Part shown: positions 60,834-64,000 of the stretch, in pieces | Numbering within the stretch: position 1 is the stretch's first letter | How the letters are laid out: each line of letters opens with the position of its first letter | Source of the DNA: an uncultured Clostridia bacterium | Lineage (GTDB): Bacteria > Bacillota > Clostridia > Christensenellales > UBA1242 | Reading direction: 5' to 3' | DNA: 64,000 nucleotides | Assembly (NCBI GenBank): GCA_948442695.1 | Contig: CAOJSF010000001.1 | Coordinates: forward strand, 73,342-137,341 | The notes under the pieces: generated by a model | Told to the model about the DNA's origin: nothing | Database searches by the model: none | The model's input: the letters and a program-made list of their open reading frames with translations, nothing else | Position numbers and translations under genes: made by a program

Positions 60834-60965
60834 ATTTTTTTATTTTATATTGAGAGTTTTATAAACCTGAGAAAATTTATATTATTTTTCACTTATTATT
60901 TTATATTTCTATTGTTTTTATGGAAATTGTTTGATGCTGTTTATGAAAGTGAAAATGATGATTTT

Positions 60966-62264
60966 TTATCGTTGATCAATTGAATTTATGATACTTTCAA
61001 TCTCACACGCCCATTTTTCTGCTTCTTTTTGATTTATATGTTCGCACATAACTCTGATTTTGCTTTCAGTCCCGCTTGCTCTGACTAAAACTCTTCCATC
61101 TGATCCAAACAAATTTTGAATTGAGAGAATTTTTGATGACAAAAAGTCAGAATTCAAAATTCTGTATTTATCTATCACTTCTACATTTTTTATGACTTGA
61201 GGGTAGTGCTTGAAAGTGATAAGTTTTGATAAAGTTGTGCCACTTTTCTTTACGAGAGATGCAATATTTATTGCGGTGAGAACCCCATCTCCTGTTGTTG
61301 AAAAATCGGTGTCTATAATATGACCTGAAGTTTCGCCACCCAGTTTTGAGTTTTTGTTTTTCATAAGTTCAACAACATATTTATCGCCAACATCAGCCCT
61401 AAGAAGTGAAATGTTCTTTTTTGCAAGTGCGACTTCAAGTCCCTTATTTGTCATGCTTGTTCCAACAACAGTTTCGCCAGAAGAAAGTTTGTTTGAAAGG
61501 ATATAGAGAATATCATCACCATCAATAATTTCTCCTTTTTCATTGCAACCAATTATTCTGTCGGCATCACCATCAAATGCAAAGCCCATATCGGCTTTAA
61601 ATTTTTTGACAGAATCAGAAATTATATCAGGATACAAAGCACCGCACTTATGATTTATTTTCTTTCCATTTTTGCCATTATTGATGACAATTACATTTGC
61701 CCCCAGTGAAGTGAACAAATCTTTTGCAGTAGAGGTGGATGCACCATTTGCAAGATCTATGACAATTTTTAATCCGTCAAGTCTTTCAAACTTTGAAACA
61801 ATGTTGTCTTTGTATTTTCTTATTAATCTAGGTCTTGAATAATATCTTCCTATTTTATCGTTGCCTAGATTTGTTGAATACAACATCTTTCGTTCGATAA
61901 TTGATTCAAGTTCTTCGGTGAGTTTAAAGCCATCTTTGTCAAAGATTTTTATTCCATTATAACAGCGTGGATTATGACTTGCACTTATGACGATTCCGTA
62001 GTCATAACCTAAAGCCTTTGTAAGATATGCTATGACGGGGGTAGGGGCTATTCCGATATCAACCACCTCGACGCCATGACTCATTAGACCACTTGCAAAT
62101 GATAGAGCAAGAAGGCTTCCGCTTCTTCTTGTATCTCTTCCGATAATGACCTTTTTGTGTTGGCAAAGCCCTCCTAAACTATTGCCGACTTTGTATGCGA
62201 TATCTGGCGAAATAACTTCGCCATAAATTCCTCTGAAACCATCCGTTCCAAAATAGATTCCCAT
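60966..62264 (-). CDS. glmM: Phosphoglucosamine mutase
   Basis: YFGTDGFRG start, SASHNP active-site loop and GDGDADR block. AAGGAG RBS before the Met at 62264. Confidence 0.9.
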   Translation of the reverse strand: MGIYFGTDGFRGIYGEVISPDIAYKVGNSLGGLCQHKKVIIGRDTRRSGSLLALSFASGLMSHGVEVVDIGIAPTPVIAYLTKALGYDYGIVISASHNPRCYNGIKIFDKDGFKLTEELESIIERKMLYSTNLGNDKIGRYYSRPRLIRKYKDNIVSKFERLDGLKIVIDLANGASTSTAKDLFTSLGANVIVINNGKNGKKINHKCGALYPDIISDSVKKFKADMGFAFDGDADRIIGCNEKGEIIDGDDILYILSNKLSSGETVVGTSMTNKGLEVALAKKNISLLRADVGDKYVVELMKNKNSKLGGETSGHIIDTDFSTTGDGVLTAINIASLVKKSGTTLSKLITFKHYPQVIKNVEVIDKYRILNSDFLSSKILSIQNLFGSDGRVLVRASGTESKIRVMCEHINQKEAEKWACEIESIINSIDQR

Positions 62265-62527
62265 ATTTTTCTCCTTTTTATTCGAATGCAATTCTATGTA
62301 AGATTTGCCTTTATTTATTTTTATCTTTTTGATTTTAGAAGTTGAAGTTTATTTTTTGTTTCTTTATATTTTTAATCATATTTTTTTGTTAAAATCAATA
62401 TGTGTATTTTTTGATTAATGTTTATTGAAAGGTTGTTTTTTAATAAAAATAAAGAAAAAACAAAAAATAAAACAAATTTTTTGTAATTTATTTTAAATTT
62501 TGATATATTTTCTTGTATTTTTGAGTT

Positions 62528-63139
62528 TTACCAGTATTTCTTTGCCCGTTTAGGTTTTCGCTCTTGTCTTACTCTTCCTATTACAAAATCTTCACTCTCA
62601 ATATCTTCTGTCACTGTTGTTCCGGCACAAATATAACTTTCATCTTCAATCTTTACTGGTGCAATGATGTTGCAGTTTGAGCCTATAAAAACATGATTGC
62701 CAACCTCGGTTTTACTCTTGCTTTTGCCATTGTAATTGACAAAGATTGCTCCACATCCGATATTGCAATTCTCACCAACTTTTGCATCGCCCACATATGC
62801 CAGATGACTGATTTTAGAGCCTTTGCCGATATCACTTTTTTTGATTTCAACAAAGTTTCCTATTCTGCAATTATCTTCAATACTTGCCTCCATTCTTATA
62901 TGTGCAAAAGGTCCAACACTTACATTGTCTTTGATGGTGGAGTTTTCAATAATACTGCTTGATAATTTGCAGTTGGCTCCGATAGAACTGTCAACAATAA
63001 AATTGCCGGGGAGTAAAACGGTGTCATCTCCTATATGACAATTTCCTTCAATATGATTGTTTTCATAGATTATTACATTATCGCCAAAGATGACACCTTC
63101 GCCGATATAACAATTTTCTCTGTTTAAAAATTTAGTCAT
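62528..63139 (-). CDS. Left-handed beta-helix acetyltransferase corresponding to the GlmU C-terminal domain only
   Basis: GPFAHIRMEA..IGNFVEIKKSDIGKGSKISHLAYVGDAKVGENCNIGCGAIFVNYNGKSKSKTEVG..VFIGSN is colinear with the GlmU acetyltransferase half. No uridyltransferase domain is present. Confidence 0.7.
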   Translation of the reverse strand: MTKFLNRENCYIGEGVIFGDNVIIYENNHIEGNCHIGDDTVLLPGNFIVDSSIGANCKLSSSIIENSTIKDNVSVGPFAHIRMEASIEDNCRIGNFVEIKKSDIGKGSKISHLAYVGDAKVGENCNIGCGAIFVNYNGKSKSKTEVGNHVFIGSNCNIIAPVKIEDESYICAGTTVTEDIESEDFVIGRVRQERKPKRAKKYW

Positions 63140-63345
63140 AAATTCTCCTCTAGTGGTATTTATGAGCAAAGTGATAAAATGTTGAAAATTATTAAAAATT
63201 TTTTTTAAAACAATATTAAATGTTTGTGAAAAAGATATGAATGTGATATAATGAAATTACGACATTAAAAAGACTTTTTATATAAACGTTTTTTACTTGC
63301 CTTTGAAAAAAGGAATGAAAATTGTTTAAATAAAAGAGATTATAT

Positions 63346-63419
63346 GCAGGTATAATTTAGAGGTAAAATGTACGCTTCCCAAGCGTGATTCACGGGTTCG
63401 ATTCCCGTTACCTGCTCCA
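63346..63419 (+). tRNA. tRNA-Gly(CCC)
   Basis: Acceptor GCAGGTA/TACCTGC, anticodon stem TACGC/GCGTG with loop TTCCCAA, T arm ACGGG-TTCGATT-CCCGT, and CCA. Confidence 0.8.
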
Positions 63420-63461
63420 AATATACTATAACAAAAGTCTTTTTTTGAAAAGGAGCATTAT

Positions 63462-64000
63462 ATGGAAAAACTAGTTGTAGAAGTTGGTATGCCACTTGAT
63501 AAAAGTCTTATCTATTATCATGAGATGCTTATTTCACATGGGCTTGATTTGCAATTCGCTTGTGTGACGCATGATTTGTATTACACAAAAGAAAATCTTG
63601 ATGGATGTTTGACCGATAGTCAAATTAAAAAATTGTGTATTAGATTAAGACATCTTGAAGGCGTGATAGGTGTTAATAAACGGCCTAAAGATGATATAGA
63701 TGAAATTAAGAGAAAAGAAAATGAACTTATTTCTCAAGGCTATAGAAAGGCGTTTGATACAATAAAGTTTGATTTCCAATATCACAAAGAAGGAATGACA
63801 GGATATATTCAATTACAGGATATAAAGGATATTGGACTTTTGTGTTATTATAACAATGGACATTATTATAATTTACCGCTTGATGAACAAAGAAAAGCAT
63901 TATTTGAAGAATTGAATTCCTATGGTTTTAATTTCAGACAAGATGATTTGGGAGTTGATAAACTTCTATCTTTGTGTTACGGCAAGTTAATGTATAGTAA
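63462..64000 (+). CDS. Hypothetical protein, 3' end outside the window
   Basis: AAGGAG RBS. The frame stays open to the window edge (MEKLVVEVGMPLDKSLIYYHEML...). Confidence 0.45.
   Translation, partial: MEKLVVEVGMPLDKSLIYYHEMLISHGLDLQFACVTHDLYYTKENLDGCLTDSQIKKLCIRLRHLEGVIGVNKRPKDDIDEIKRKENELISQGYRKAFDTIKFDFQYHKEGMTGYIQLQDIKDIGLLCYYNNGHYYNLPLDEQRKALFEELNSYGFNFRQDDLGVDKLLSLCYGKLMYS

Overview
AT-rich, Bacillota-like chromosomal segment that uses the standard genetic code (TGA is a stop). From about 26.9 kb to 64 kb it is mostly housekeeping: mtaB, rpsU, rplS, an AlkD-like repair protein, comM/yifB, dprA-topA-hslV-hslU, tcdA, trxA, nifS-nifU, a large Bacillus-type SRP RNA, a T-box leader plus ileS, RNA-modification genes, pepF, glmM, a stand-alone GlmU-type acetyltransferase and tRNA-Gly(CCC). 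A HaeIII-like type II restriction-modification cassette with a third membrane/coiled-coil gene (42.1-45.3 kb) interrupts this block. From about 5.2 kb to 26.3 kb lies an accessory patchwork. It contains two different tRNA-Arg(CCT) genes plus a third 3'-fragment copy, and a degenerate phage/island remnant with mirrored cassettes (DUF4417-like protein, then a small His-rich PHDHxW protein, then zinc-ribbon immunity-like proteins). It also holds many frameshifted genes and a marked concentration of nucleotide-directed enzymes: three accessory radical SAM proteins, NUDIX proteins, two P-loop kinases and a CYTH protein. The most interesting candidate is a LysR-linked, translationally coupled operon at 21.3-24.8 kb encoding a long U32-family protein, a SAM methyltransferase and a short viperin-like radical SAM enzyme. 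I do not recognise this gene context as a described viperin system. All family calls come from reading motifs by eye and from memory; no searches were run.
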